NCBI GenBank assembly: GCA_045649245.1
Contig: JAZRPL010000133.1
Coordinates: 17,323 to 81,322 of the forward strand
Direction: 5' to 3'
Length of the DNA: 64,000 nucleotides
DNA from: Ructibacterium sp.
GTDB lineage: Bacteria; Bacillota; Clostridia; Monoglobales; Monoglobaceae
Shown: one piece after another, positions 51,761 through 60,651 of the stretch
How positions within the stretch are numbered: position 1 is the stretch's first letter
How the letters are laid out: each line of letters opens with the position of its first letter
The notes under the pieces: generated by a model
Told to the model about the DNA's origin: nothing
Seen by the model: the letters and a program-made list of their open reading frames with translations, nothing else
The model's database searches: none
Position numbers and translations under genes: made by a program

Positions 51761-53143
51761 ATGAAGAATACCGAGAAAACAATGGATAAAATCGTTGCGC
51801 TTTGTAAAGGGCGTGGCTTTGTTTATGCCGGATCTGAGATTTACGGCGGATTGGCAAACACTTGGGATTATGGCCCTTTGGGTGTGGAATTTAAGAACAA
51901 TGTCAAAAAGGCATGGTGGAAGAAATTTATTCAGGAAAGTCCCTATAACGTCGGCCTGGATGCCGCTATTTTGATGAACCCTGAAACTTGGGTTGCTTCG
52001 GGACATGTGGGTGGTTTTTCTGATCCTTTGATGGACTGTAAGGAGTGTAAAACCAGATTTCGTGCCGACAAACTGATCGAGGATGCAGCAGGGGTTTCTG
52101 CTGACGGTTGGTCCGATGAAAAAATGTTGGAGTTTATCAAAGAAAAGGAACTTTCCTGCCCCAACTGCGGCAAGCATAATTTTACCGATATTCGGAAATT
52201 TAATTTGATGTTTAAGACCTTCCAGGGCGTTACCGAGGATAGCAAGAACGAAATCTTTTTACGTCCTGAGACTGCCCAGGGTATTTTTGTGAATTTTAAA
52301 AATGTGCAGCGGACTTCCAGAAAAAAGGTTCCTTTTGGGATTGGCCAGATCGGGAAATCTTTCCGGAACGAGATTACGCCGGGGAACTTTACCTTCCGTA
52401 CCAGGGAATTTGAGCAGATGGAGTTGGAATTCTTCTGTAAGCCGGGCACCGATTTGGAATGGTTTGGCTATTGGAAGGATTATTGCAAGAACTTCCTGCT
52501 CTCTTTGGGTATTGCCGAGGAGAATATTAAGATGCGTGACCATGATCCGGAGGAACTTTCCCATTACAGCAATGCCACGACGGACATTGAGTTTATGTTC
52601 CCCTTTGGTTGGGGAGAACTGTGGGGGATTGCTGACCGGACGGACTTTGACTTAAAGCAACACAGCAATCATAGCGGAGAGAAGATGGAATATAATGATC
52701 CGGAATCCGGCGAGAAGTATATTCCCTACTGTATTGAACCGTCTCTGGGTGCAGATCGTGTTACCTTGGCCTTTTTGGTAGAGGCCTATGACGAAGAGGT
52801 AATAGATGCCGAGAAAAACGATGTGCGTACCGTTTTGCATTTCCATCCGGCTCTGGCACCCATTAAGGCAGCAGTTCTGCCTCTTTCTAAAAAACTTTCT
52901 GATAAAGCACGGGAGGTTTATGCAAAGATTGCCGCAGAGTTTATGTGTGAATTTGACGAATCCGGAAGCATTGGAAAACGGTATCGTCGTCAGGATGAGA
53001 TTGGAACACCTTTTTGTATTACCTACGACTTTGATTCCGAGGAAGATGGCAGTGTAACCATCCGTCATCGTGATAGCATGGAACAAGAGCGGGTAAAAAT
53101 TGATGATTTGGTAGAATATATCCGCAAAGCGGTTGCATTCTAA
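51761..53143 (+). CDS. glyQS: glycine-tRNA ligase, alpha2 type
   Basis: [34 protein letters not shown]. Confidence 0.96.
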   Translation: MKNTEKTMDKIVALCKGRGFVYAGSEIYGGLANTWDYGPLGVEFKNNVKKAWWKKFIQESPYNVGLDAAILMNPETWVASGHVGGFSDPLMDCKECKTRFRADKLIEDAAGVSADGWSDEKMLEFIKEKELSCPNCGKHNFTDIRKFNLMFKTFQGVTEDSKNEIFLRPETAQGIFVNFKNVQRTSRKKVPFGIGQIGKSFRNEITPGNFTFRTREFEQMELEFFCKPGTDLEWFGYWKDYCKNFLLSLGIAEENIKMRDHDPEELSHYSNATTDIEFMFPFGWGELWGIADRTDFDLKQHSNHSGEKMEYNDPESGEKYIPYCIEPSLGADRVTLAFLVEAYDEEVIDAEKNDVRTVLHFHPALAPIKAAVLPLSKKLSDKAREVYAKIAAEFMCEFDESGSIGKRYRRQDEIGTPFCITYDFDSEEDGSVTIRHRDSMEQERVKIDDLVEYIRKAVAF

Positions 53144-53147
53144 ATTC

Positions 53148-54539
53148 ATGACGCTTTACGAAGAACTTAAGAAATTTTCCCAAAAAGATAGTATCAGGTT
53201 TCATATTCCGGGACATCATGGTGGCAGAGGCCTCAATCCAAAATGGATGAAAGATGCCTTTTCCTTGGATGTGACAGAATTTTCAGAAACCGATGATCTG
53301 CAGCGGCCCCAAGGGGTCTTGCGGGATGCCCAGGCACGTGCGGCTGCCATCTTTGGGGCAGGACGGAGTTTTTATTTGACCCATGGATCCAGCCTGGGTT
53401 TGCAGGCTGCGATTTTAGGCAGTTGCCGACCGGGAGAAAAGATTTTGATTGACCGAACCTGTCATAAATCCGTGATGGCGGGGGTGGTGTTAGCCGGCGC
53501 AGACCCAATCTTTCTTGAACCGGACTTTGACCGGGAGCGGGGAATCTATATCGGGATTTCAGCCGAGGCGGTGGCCCAGGCATTGGAACAGGATCCCGAT
53601 ATTGTGGGCGCCGTGATAACCAGTCCCACCTATTACGGAATTTGTTCAGAGATTGAGGGTATCGCCGCCCACTTGCATGCGCGGGGGAAATTTCTGGTGG
53701 TGGACGAAGCCCACGGGGCACATTTTGCTTTTCATCCGGATCTCCCAGAACCGGCCCTTAACCAAGGCGCGGATCTGGTAGTGCAGAGTATCCATAAAAC
53801 CTTGCCTGCCCTTGGACAATCCTCTCTGTTGCATCTGCATCGGGAGTCCCGCATCTTAGCGGCAGGGGTGGAGAGAGCCCTGCGGCTATTGCAGACGACC
53901 AGCCCATCGTATCTGTTGATGACGGCCATGGATGAGGCCATTGTGGGTATGGAGCGGGATGGAAAGGCTATCTTGTCCCGATTACGCTCTAAACTCGAAG
54001 CTGTGAAGAAGGCGGTGCGGGCACAGGGGATTCTGGATTTTGCAGACCAGGAAACGTTGGGGAAAAAGCAGGATGGAACCAGGTTGGTGGTGGACTTTCG
54101 CCGTGCCAATCTATGCGGCCTTGATGCTGCCCAGCAGTTAAAGGAAAGATACGGAATTTACCCCGAGATGGCAGATCCTCATCATGTGGTACTGGTTGTG
54201 ACCGTAGCCAATACGGCTAAGGATCTGGAGACCTTACAACAGGCCCTATTGGAACTTGCGGTATGGGAGAACCCCTCCCATCTTAAAATGCCTATGGAAG
54301 CCTTACCCAAACCCCGAATGGCCATGTCGCCGCGGGAGGCGTGGTCGGCACCCAGGAAGACCCTTCCCTTAAAGAAAGCGATGGGGTATATTTCTGCCGA
54401 TATGGTTTCTGTTTGTCCGCCGGGTGCGGCGATTTTGGTGCCGGGGCAGTATCTTGACGGGGAAACATTGGCATACTTACAGGAGGCAGACATCACAAAG
54501 GAAGTAGATGTTGTTTTAACCGAATCGGAGAGAGGGTGA
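53148..54539 (+). CDS. Orn/Lys/Arg decarboxylase (YaaO-like, PLP)
   Basis: FHIPGH, SPTYYG, DEAHGAH, QSIHKTL, TTSPSY. Confidence 0.88.
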   Translation: MTLYEELKKFSQKDSIRFHIPGHHGGRGLNPKWMKDAFSLDVTEFSETDDLQRPQGVLRDAQARAAAIFGAGRSFYLTHGSSLGLQAAILGSCRPGEKILIDRTCHKSVMAGVVLAGADPIFLEPDFDRERGIYIGISAEAVAQALEQDPDIVGAVITSPTYYGICSEIEGIAAHLHARGKFLVVDEAHGAHFAFHPDLPEPALNQGADLVVQSIHKTLPALGQSSLLHLHRESRILAAGVERALRLLQTTSPSYLLMTAMDEAIVGMERDGKAILSRLRSKLEAVKKAVRAQGILDFADQETLGKKQDGTRLVVDFRRANLCGLDAAQQLKERYGIYPEMADPHHVVLVVTVANTAKDLETLQQALLELAVWENPSHLKMPMEALPKPRMAMSPREAWSAPRKTLPLKKAMGYISADMVSVCPPGAAILVPGQYLDGETLAYLQEADITKEVDVVLTESERG

Positions 54540-54543
54540 GGAA

Positions 54544-55524
54544 ATGTCTCTGGATACAGTCATTGGAAACGAGCCGGTAAAAGCCTTGCTGGGGCAAGGG
54601 TTGCAATCTCAGCGGATCGGGCACGCCTATATCCTGGAAGGGAAGCGGGGCGTAGGGCGAATGACCATGGCAAAGGCGTTTGCTGCCCAGTTATTGCAGA
54701 CCCAGGATCCCGAAACCCATCCGGATTTTATTGTGGTAACGAATCAGCGCTACGATCCCTCTAAGAAACAGGAGACCCTCTTGGTGGATACCATACGGAG
54801 TATGAAACGGGACATTTATATCCGGCCCTATGCTGGCCAGCGCAAGGTGTATGTTCTGCCCCATGCTGATACCATGCAGGCGCCGGCCCAGAATAGCCTT
54901 TTGAAGGTTTTTGAGGATCCGCCTCCGTATTGTGTGATCATTTTACTTGCAGAAAATGCCAATGGGTTTTTGCCTACCATTCTCTCTCGAGCGCCGGTAT
55001 TACGGATGCGGACGTTGACGGCGGAGCAGGTGGAGAAATTTTTGATAGAACAGCGGCAGATCCCCCCTAAGAAGGCAGAGCAGTTGGCGGTTCTCAGCGG
55101 CGGAGCCATTGGCAGGGCTTTGGAATTGTTAGAGGATGAAAAAGCCATCGCATTGCGGGAAGAAACGTTGCAGCGGTTGCTTGCTATGTGCGGCGGGACC
55201 TATCGGGAGATGTATGATTTTGTTCGTTTTTGCAGGGAGAATCGGACAGATATTGCATTAATTTTAGAGGTGCTACTGAGTTGGAATCAAGATGTGTTGC
55301 ACCAAAAATTGCGGCTTTCTAATTTGCAAATCATCAATGGGGATAAACCTAAGGAACTTAGCGAGTTTTGCGGGCAGATAACCCGGGAAGCGGCCTTGCG
55401 GATGAACGATAGTACCATAAAGTATCAGAAAATGATTGAGCAAAATGTAAATTATTCTGCGGCAATACTCTGTATGGCGCTGGAATATTGGGAGGAAATC
55501 CATGGTAGAGATTATAGGAGTTAA
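54544..55524 (+). CDS. holB: DNA polymerase III delta' subunit
   Basis: HAYIL, HPDF, AQNSLLKVFEDPP, LPTILSR; between yaaO and yaaT. Confidence 0.88.
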   Translation: MSLDTVIGNEPVKALLGQGLQSQRIGHAYILEGKRGVGRMTMAKAFAAQLLQTQDPETHPDFIVVTNQRYDPSKKQETLLVDTIRSMKRDIYIRPYAGQRKVYVLPHADTMQAPAQNSLLKVFEDPPPYCVIILLAENANGFLPTILSRAPVLRMRTLTAEQVEKFLIEQRQIPPKKAEQLAVLSGGAIGRALELLEDEKAIALREETLQRLLAMCGGTYREMYDFVRFCRENRTDIALILEVLLSWNQDVLHQKLRLSNLQIINGDKPKELSEFCGQITREAALRMNDSTIKYQKMIEQNVNYSAAILCMALEYWEEIHGRDYRS

Positions 55525-56617
55525 GTTTAATAATGCGGGAAAGATTTATTACTTCGATCCCAAAGGCATTCAAGCAAAAGCCGGTGATCATGTTTTAGCT
55601 GAAACAGCCCATGGTATCGAAATGGGTAAAGTGGTCATTGCCAATCAGATGGTAAAAGAACAGGAGATTGTTTCGCCTCTGAAGGGTATCAGCCGGATTG
55701 CTACCGATGCCGACTTTAAACAACTGGAAGAAAATAAGGAAAAAGAAAAGGCCGCCTTTGATTTGGCCACCGAAAAAATTGCGGAACACAAACTGGACAT
55801 GAAGTTAGTGGATGCAGAATATACCTTTGACCGGAGCAAGATTCTGTTTTATTTTACCGCAGATGGACGTGTGGATTTTCGGGAGTTGGTCAAATCCTTG
55901 GCCAGTGTTTTTCGAACCCGCATTGAATTACGGCAAATCGGTGTTCGGGACGAAGCAAGACAACTTGGCAGTTATGGAATTTGCGGCAGATACCTTTGCT
56001 GCAGCAGTTTTTTAAATGACTTCCATCCGGTTTCGATTAAAATGGCCAAGGAGCAGGAACTGTCTTTGAACCCCATCAAAATCTCCGGCGTTTGCGGACG
56101 ATTGATGTGTTGTCTGCAGTATGAGCAGAATGTCTATGATGATATGCTGAAAAAAATGCCTCGAAAAGGGGATAAGGTAGAAACGCCGGACGGAATAGGG
56201 ACGGTGGTGGATACGGCTACCCTGAAAGGAACGGTTCGAGTGAAGTTCCAGGATGAGAATGGGGAATCCGTGAAATTTGAACAGTATCAAATGGGCGAAT
56301 TTCAATCCTTGAAGAAAGGACGAGCCAAGATAGAAAATACAGAGGAAGAGATTCGGGAAGAAACGCCTGCGGTTACTGAGCATCTGGCGGAAGAGGAGCA
56401 GAAGGAGTCCTCTCCCAAAAAGGATGAAGAGGGAGAGCAGGAAAGACGGCCACGGCGGCGGCGCAGAAACCGGAACCGTAGCGGCAAAAAAAATCACAAT
56501 GATATGCAGCTGCAAAAGGATAAGGTGCCAACATCCGGAAACAAAGAGGATGGTGGCAGCGGTAATCCTGGGGGAACAATTACCAATGGCGGTTATAGCG
56601 GCGGTTATCAGGCGTAA
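55502..56617 (+). CDS. yaaT: PSP1/YaaT (RicT) family protein
   Basis: FTADGRVDFRELVK, GICGR..CC, SGVCGRLMCCL. Confidence 0.92.
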   Translation: MVEIIGVKFNNAGKIYYFDPKGIQAKAGDHVLAETAHGIEMGKVVIANQMVKEQEIVSPLKGISRIATDADFKQLEENKEKEKAAFDLATEKIAEHKLDMKLVDAEYTFDRSKILFYFTADGRVDFRELVKSLASVFRTRIELRQIGVRDEARQLGSYGICGRYLCCSSFLNDFHPVSIKMAKEQELSLNPIKISGVCGRLMCCLQYEQNVYDDMLKKMPRKGDKVETPDGIGTVVDTATLKGTVRVKFQDENGESVKFEQYQMGEFQSLKKGRAKIENTEEEIREETPAVTEHLAEEEQKESSPKKDEEGEQERRPRRRRRNRNRSGKKNHNDMQLQKDKVPTSGNKEDGGSGNPGGTITNGGYSGGYQA

Positions 56618-56651
56618 GAGAAAACGGAAAGATGTGGGCATTGTAGCCTGT

Positions 56652-56691
56652 AAAAAAAGCAGAAACGATGGATTTCGTTTCTGCTTTTTTT
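56652..56691. terminator. bidirectional terminator
   Basis: AAAAAAAGCAGAAACGA..TCGTTTCTGCTTTTTTT. Confidence 0.85.
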
Positions 56692-56935
56692 GTATAACGA
56701 AAACCACGCTTAATAGAGGGTAAAGCCTTCCCTGTGTAAGGGAAGGTGGCAAAACCGTAGGTTTTGACGGAAGGGTTGTTAGTAACAATCCCTTAGTCTC
56801 GCCTTGCTCGCCAGCTCCCTTTACACAAGGGAGGCTTTTAAAAATCACTTTATTTACCCATTTATGCGTAGCCAGTAGTATGAGGGCTATGCCCGAAAAT
56901 GAAATATCCACCCGCTATGCGGGTGGATATTTATT
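56692..56935 (+). mobile_element. miniature IS200/IS605-like element, copy 1 (interrupted by a cruciform repeat)
   Basis: Both ends match 60519-60620; terminal hairpin AAATATCCACCCGC-tat-GCGGGTGGATATTT. Confidence 0.55.
56722..56838. repeat. ~117-bp cruciform inverted-repeat element (REP/MITE-like)
   Basis: Arms AAAGCCTTCCCTGTGTAAGGGAAGGTGGC and GCCAGCTCCCTTTACACAAGGGAGGCTTT plus inner hairpins. Confidence 0.75.
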
Positions 56936-56947
56936 GATTCTTATGAA

Positions 56948-56973
56948 TGCCCCGCATAGGTGGGGCTTTTTTT
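56948..56973 (+). terminator. short hairpin with T-tract
   Basis: GCCCCGC-atag-GTGGGGC-TTTTTTT. Confidence 0.5.
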
Positions 56974-56980
56974 GACTTAT

Positions 56981-59218
56981 TTACTCTACCAAGGTATTAT
57001 GCCCGCCGGAAGAAGCGGAACTGGATGTGGTAGAGGAAGGCTGGGTACTGCCCGACGAAGCACCGTTTCCGCTTGTACCGGAGTTGGGTTGGGCGGAGGC
57101 TGTGGGTGAGTCTGTTTCCTCCTCGTCAGGGTCATCGGTTCCCTCCGGTGGAACATATCCCGCATGGGTGGAGTTGCAATAGGAGGGAATATGATTCTTG
57201 GAGAAATAATAGTTGCTGCTGGGGCAGTCAGGGGTTGCACGCAGACCGGTGTAGACACAATAACTGAGGGAAACGACCTCATTGGGTCTTTGAAAGGTCC
57301 GGCGTGTTCCTATGGTTTGATGTACCGAACTCATCACATTCCGAAAGACAGGAATACACGGATTATAGGAAAGGGTAATTTCTTCCGGAATATCATAGCC
57401 ATACCAAACAGCGGCTGCATAATGGGGAGTATAACCGATAAACCAACGGTCATTATTCTCTGAGGTAGTACCGGTTTTACCGGCGGTGGAACTTGCGCCG
57501 GAAACCGCTGCACCGCGACCGGTTCCGCTACTTACCACATCTTCCAGCATTTTGGTGATAAGATAGGCAGTAGCAGGCTCCATGGCCTTTTGGGAGGTGC
57601 GGTCGGAGGAACAAAGGACATTGCCGTCTTTGTCTTTCACTTCGGTATAGATATAAGGCTTTCGATAAATGCCGTTATTGGCAAAGGAGGCAAAGGCTGC
57701 TGTCATTTCCAAAACGGTGACGCCGTCGGTCAAACCGCCCAGTGCTAACTGCGAGTAGCCAATATCGGTATAGATTTTTCCGTTAACATCCCGTCCTTCT
57801 ACCAGGGTGGTAATACCTAGGTTTTGGGTTAAGAAATCATAACTTTCCCTTGCGCCCATTTTCGCTAAAATCTCTACCGGAATGGTATTGAGAGAGGAAC
57901 GTACCGCACTGCGGACATCTACATTGCCACGATATTGGTGATCATAATTGCGAGGTACCCAATCACCATAAGACGTTGCTTTATCATTGTAGATAGAAGT
58001 AGGGGTAATAAGGCCTTTTTCCAATGCGGGGGCATAGACCCCGATGGGTTTGATGGTAGACCCCGGCTGACGGGGACTGGTGGCTCGGTTGAGGGTTAAA
58101 CTTCCCGGTTTTTCACCTATACCGCCTACAATGCCCACCACGGCGCCGGTCTGTACATCGGTAATGGCCATAGCCGATTGTGCCTTGTTGTCAGGAAAGT
58201 TTTTGGTGTTGGTATAGTATGCTTCCAAAGCAGGTTGAATGTCCGGATGATAGGTGGTATAGATTTTGACCCCGCCGGAATATAAAATCTTGTTGGCCAG
58301 AGATGGGGAATATCCCTGCTCTTGCAAATCTTGCAGAACATCCCGAATGACCTGATCTACAAAATAAGAATTGGCAACGGTTCCTGTTGCTGTGGTGCCG
58401 GTTTTTTTCTCCGGATCCGCAAAGTTCAAAGGCTCTGCCATGGCGGTATCATATTCTGTCTGGGAAATGTAGCCAAGTTCCAGCATTTTTCCCAGAACCA
58501 ATTCTTGACGGTCCTTATTTTTGTCGGGGTTGACAAAGGGGTCATAGAGAGATGGATACTGGGTAATGCCGGCAATAGAGGCGGCTTCTGCCAGAGAGAG
58601 ATCTGCCACATCTTTGCCAAAATACAGATTAGATGCAGTTTGAACCCCGCTACAGCCTTGGGACAAATAGATGCAGTTAAGATACAGTTCTAAAATCTGA
58701 TCCTTGTCCATATTTTTTTCCAGGGCAACAGCACGGGAGATTTCTTGAATCTTTCTTGCCGGTGTTTGCTGGGTTTCGCCGGTGATGTTTTTAATCAACT
58801 GCTGGGTAATGGTGCTACCGCCCAAGGAGGCAGCCCCTTTCCGGAAGGTTAGTTTATTTCCGATCCAGGTAAGGGTTGCTTTCGCGGTTCGTTTTAAATC
58901 ATAGCCTTTGTGTTCGTAAAATCGTTCGTCCTCAATAGAAACAAAGGCGTGTTGCAGATACTCCGGTGTGTCACTCAAATCTACCCAGACCCGATTTTCG
59001 GTGTCATTGAGATGCTGCAGCACCTTTTCTTCCCCGGTGTCGGGGTCAAAATAGATGAGGGCGGAGTTTTGACGCAGCGTTAAACTCTCCACGTCGATAT
59101 CGTCCACATTCCCCCAAAATCCCAAAACGGCACCGCCAAATAAGACGCCAAAGATAACAAGGCCGATGGATAGGGTAATACTGAAGATAAGCAAAAACTT
59201 TTTTACATCATATCTCAT
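56981..59218 (-). CDS. class A penicillin-binding protein (PBP1A family)
   Basis: EDERF, GGSTITQQLIKN, QPGSTIK, SLN, GKTGT; Ser/Thr-rich tail. Confidence 0.94.
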   Translation of the reverse strand: MRYDVKKFLLIFSITLSIGLVIFGVLFGGAVLGFWGNVDDIDVESLTLRQNSALIYFDPDTGEEKVLQHLNDTENRVWVDLSDTPEYLQHAFVSIEDERFYEHKGYDLKRTAKATLTWIGNKLTFRKGAASLGGSTITQQLIKNITGETQQTPARKIQEISRAVALEKNMDKDQILELYLNCIYLSQGCSGVQTASNLYFGKDVADLSLAEAASIAGITQYPSLYDPFVNPDKNKDRQELVLGKMLELGYISQTEYDTAMAEPLNFADPEKKTGTTATGTVANSYFVDQVIRDVLQDLQEQGYSPSLANKILYSGGVKIYTTYHPDIQPALEAYYTNTKNFPDNKAQSAMAITDVQTGAVVGIVGGIGEKPGSLTLNRATSPRQPGSTIKPIGVYAPALEKGLITPTSIYNDKATSYGDWVPRNYDHQYRGNVDVRSAVRSSLNTIPVEILAKMGARESYDFLTQNLGITTLVEGRDVNGKIYTDIGYSQLALGGLTDGVTVLEMTAAFASFANNGIYRKPYIYTEVKDKDGNVLCSSDRTSQKAMEPATAYLITKMLEDVVSSGTGRGAAVSGASSTAGKTGTTSENNDRWFIGYTPHYAAAVWYGYDIPEEITLSYNPCIPVFRNVMSSVHQTIGTRRTFQRPNEVVSLSYCVYTGLRATPDCPSSNYYFSKNHIPSYCNSTHAGYVPPEGTDDPDEEETDSPTASAQPNSGTSGNGASSGSTQPSSTTSSSASSGGHNTLVE

Positions 59219-59283
59219 GCGGAAGTCTCCTCTTCATGTATGATCCAAGTAGTTTATTTGGATATAGTATACCATATTTTTGG

Positions 59284-59313
59284 GTATAAAAAGCCATATC
59301 TCTGTTAACAATA
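59284..59313 (+). promoter_or_regulatory. sigma-F/G-like promoter GTATA-15-GTTAACAATA
   Basis: Approximate forespore consensus ahead of the bofC-like gene. Confidence 0.4.
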
Positions 59314-59367
59314 GATTAAATTCCTGTTACAAATTACATGAAAATGCAAAACATGGGGGTGCCGGAT

Positions 59368-59766
59368 ATGGCAAAAAAATTCTTTAAGAGTCTGACGCTG
59401 GGCATTGTTGTTTTTTCGGTTTCTGTTTTGGTGGGGTATTTAGCCTATGTGGTAACCTATCACTATCAAAGAGAAAAAATACAAGAGCGTATGTTAGCCG
59501 GGGATTTTGTTTCTGCTGCCCCCGTTTCTCAGCAGACCAGTCCTGTTTCCGAGGAAGACACATTGATGGTAGAATATTATTTGGCACGGCTTGAGAATGA
59601 TGATATTGCCATTTATATTATCTCGGAAGGACAGGAGTTCTTTCTATACAAGTTAGATGTTTATACCGGCAATTTTCCGGCGGCGGATTTGATTCGTTTG
59701 CAAGAAGGAATTACATTAAAAAATCGACAAGAACTGGCGTCTTTTGAGGAGGATTATACCAGTTAA
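59368..59766 (+). CDS. BofC C-terminal-domain-like membrane protein
   Basis: N-terminal TM; FPAADLIRLQEGI..ELASFEEDYTS ending. Confidence 0.6.
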   Translation: MAKKFFKSLTLGIVVFSVSVLVGYLAYVVTYHYQREKIQERMLAGDFVSAAPVSQQTSPVSEEDTLMVEYYLARLENDDIAIYIISEGQEFFLYKLDVYTGNFPAADLIRLQEGITLKNRQELASFEEDYTS

Positions 59767-59797
59767 CAGAAAGATTTTGAAAAATAAAAATAGAGTA

Positions 59798-59826
59798 TTT
59801 ACAACCTTTCACTTTTATAGTACAAT
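59798..59826 (+). promoter_or_regulatory. sigma-A promoter TTTACA-17-TACAAT
   Basis: Hexamers and spacing. Confidence 0.6.
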
Positions 59827-59861
59827 AAAAAAGTCAATCTTGAAAAGAATAAGGAGGCGTT

Positions 59862-60023
59862 ATGATGGAAAAGTATGTATGCACCGTATGTGGCTATGTT
59901 TATGACGAAGCAGTAGGCGATCCGGATCATGGGATTGCAGCCGGAACCCAATGGGCAGATGTGCCGGAAGATTATGTTTGTCCCCTTTGCGGCGTGGGTA
60001 AAGATCAGTTTGAAAAGGAATAA
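59862..60023 (+). CDS. rubredoxin (not in ORF track)
   Basis: [35 protein letters not shown]; AAGGAGG RBS. Confidence 0.96.
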   Translation: MMEKYVCTVCGYVYDEAVGDPDHGIAAGTQWADVPEDYVCPLCGVGKDQFEKE

Positions 60024-60030
60024 TGCGGAC

Positions 60031-60074
60031 GGCCGCCGATGCCTGTTGCGTCGGCGGCCAGATCTTCTTTTTTT
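60031..60074 (+). terminator. intrinsic terminator
   Basis: GGCCGCCGATGC..GCGTCGGCGGCC then a T-rich tract. Confidence 0.65.
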
Positions 60075-60092
60075 ACCATAAAAAGAAAAATA

Positions 60093-60140
60093 TCACAAGA
60101 TATTGTGTTTGTAACAGAATTTTAACACAATATCTATTGA
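60093..60140 (+). promoter_or_regulatory. tandem NrdR boxes
   Basis: TCACAAGATATTGTGT (60093) and ACACAATATCTATTGA (60125), 32 bp apart, fit acaCwAtATaTwGtgt. Confidence 0.75.
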
Positions 60141-60165
60141 CAAATCTCTGCGGTTGGGGTATACT
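60137..60165 (+). promoter_or_regulatory. sigma-A promoter TTGACA-17-TATACT
   Basis: Near consensus; -35 overlapped by NrdR box 2. Confidence 0.8.
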
Positions 60166-60208
60166 ATATACAATCGATTGAATGATAAATTGTTAGGAGG
60201 TATAGAAA

Positions 60209-60484
60209 ATGACGGTTGAAGTACTTAATGGCACTATGAATTCAAAAGAAATTTCTTATTATGCACAGCACATTCGGAAAAATCATCCGGGTATGGAGAT
60301 TGATTCTATGACGTTAAAGATATGCGACGATGGTTATGTAGATGCGGAATATAATCTCAGCCCCATTCCCTTTGAGAGAATTCGGCGGATTACCGGATAT
60401 TTGGTAGGAACGGTTGACCGGTTTAACAATGCAAAAAGAGCAGAGGAAAAGGACCGTGTAAAACACATGAGTTGTTGTAACTAA
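60209..60484 (+). CDS. small stand-alone NrdD glycyl-radical-domain protein (91 aa)
   Basis: FERIRRITGYLVGTVDRFNNAKRAEEKDRVKH is the class III RNR C-terminus; AGGAGG RBS. Confidence 0.85.
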   Translation: MTVEVLNGTMNSKEISYYAQHIRKNHPGMEIDSMTLKICDDGYVDAEYNLSPIPFERIRRITGYLVGTVDRFNNAKRAEEKDRVKHMSCCN

Positions 60485-60487
60485 GGG

Positions 60488-60518
60488 AAAAGGAACGGCA
60501 AGCGCCGTTCCTTTTTTT
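60488..60518 (+). terminator. intrinsic terminator
   Basis: AAAAGGAACGGC-aagc-GCCGTTCCTTTTTTT. Confidence 0.85.
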
Positions 60519-60620
60519 GTATAACGAAAAACCCTTTATTTACCTATTTATGGGCAGACGGTAGTATGAGGGCTATGCCCGAAAATGAAATACCCCCCCG
60601 TTATACGGGGGGTATTTATT
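60519..60620 (+). mobile_element. miniature IS200/IS605-like element, copy 2
   Basis: GTATAACGAAAAACC..GTAGTATGAGGGCTATGCCCGAAAATGAAATA plus terminal hairpin, shared with 56692-56935. Confidence 0.55.
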
Positions 60621-60651
60621 TGTATCCAAAGTTTTGCGGTAAATGCCGCCT

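Noticed and set aside
56012-56911. 299-aa minus-strand ORF spanning the repeat region
   Set aside because: Antisense to yaaT and crosses a terminator; no HUH or other transposase motif
60209-60484. Mini-NrdD as a decayed nrdD pseudogene
   Set aside because: Promoter, operators, RBS, frame and terminator are intact and no other nrdD remnants are adjacent; disfavoured but not excluded
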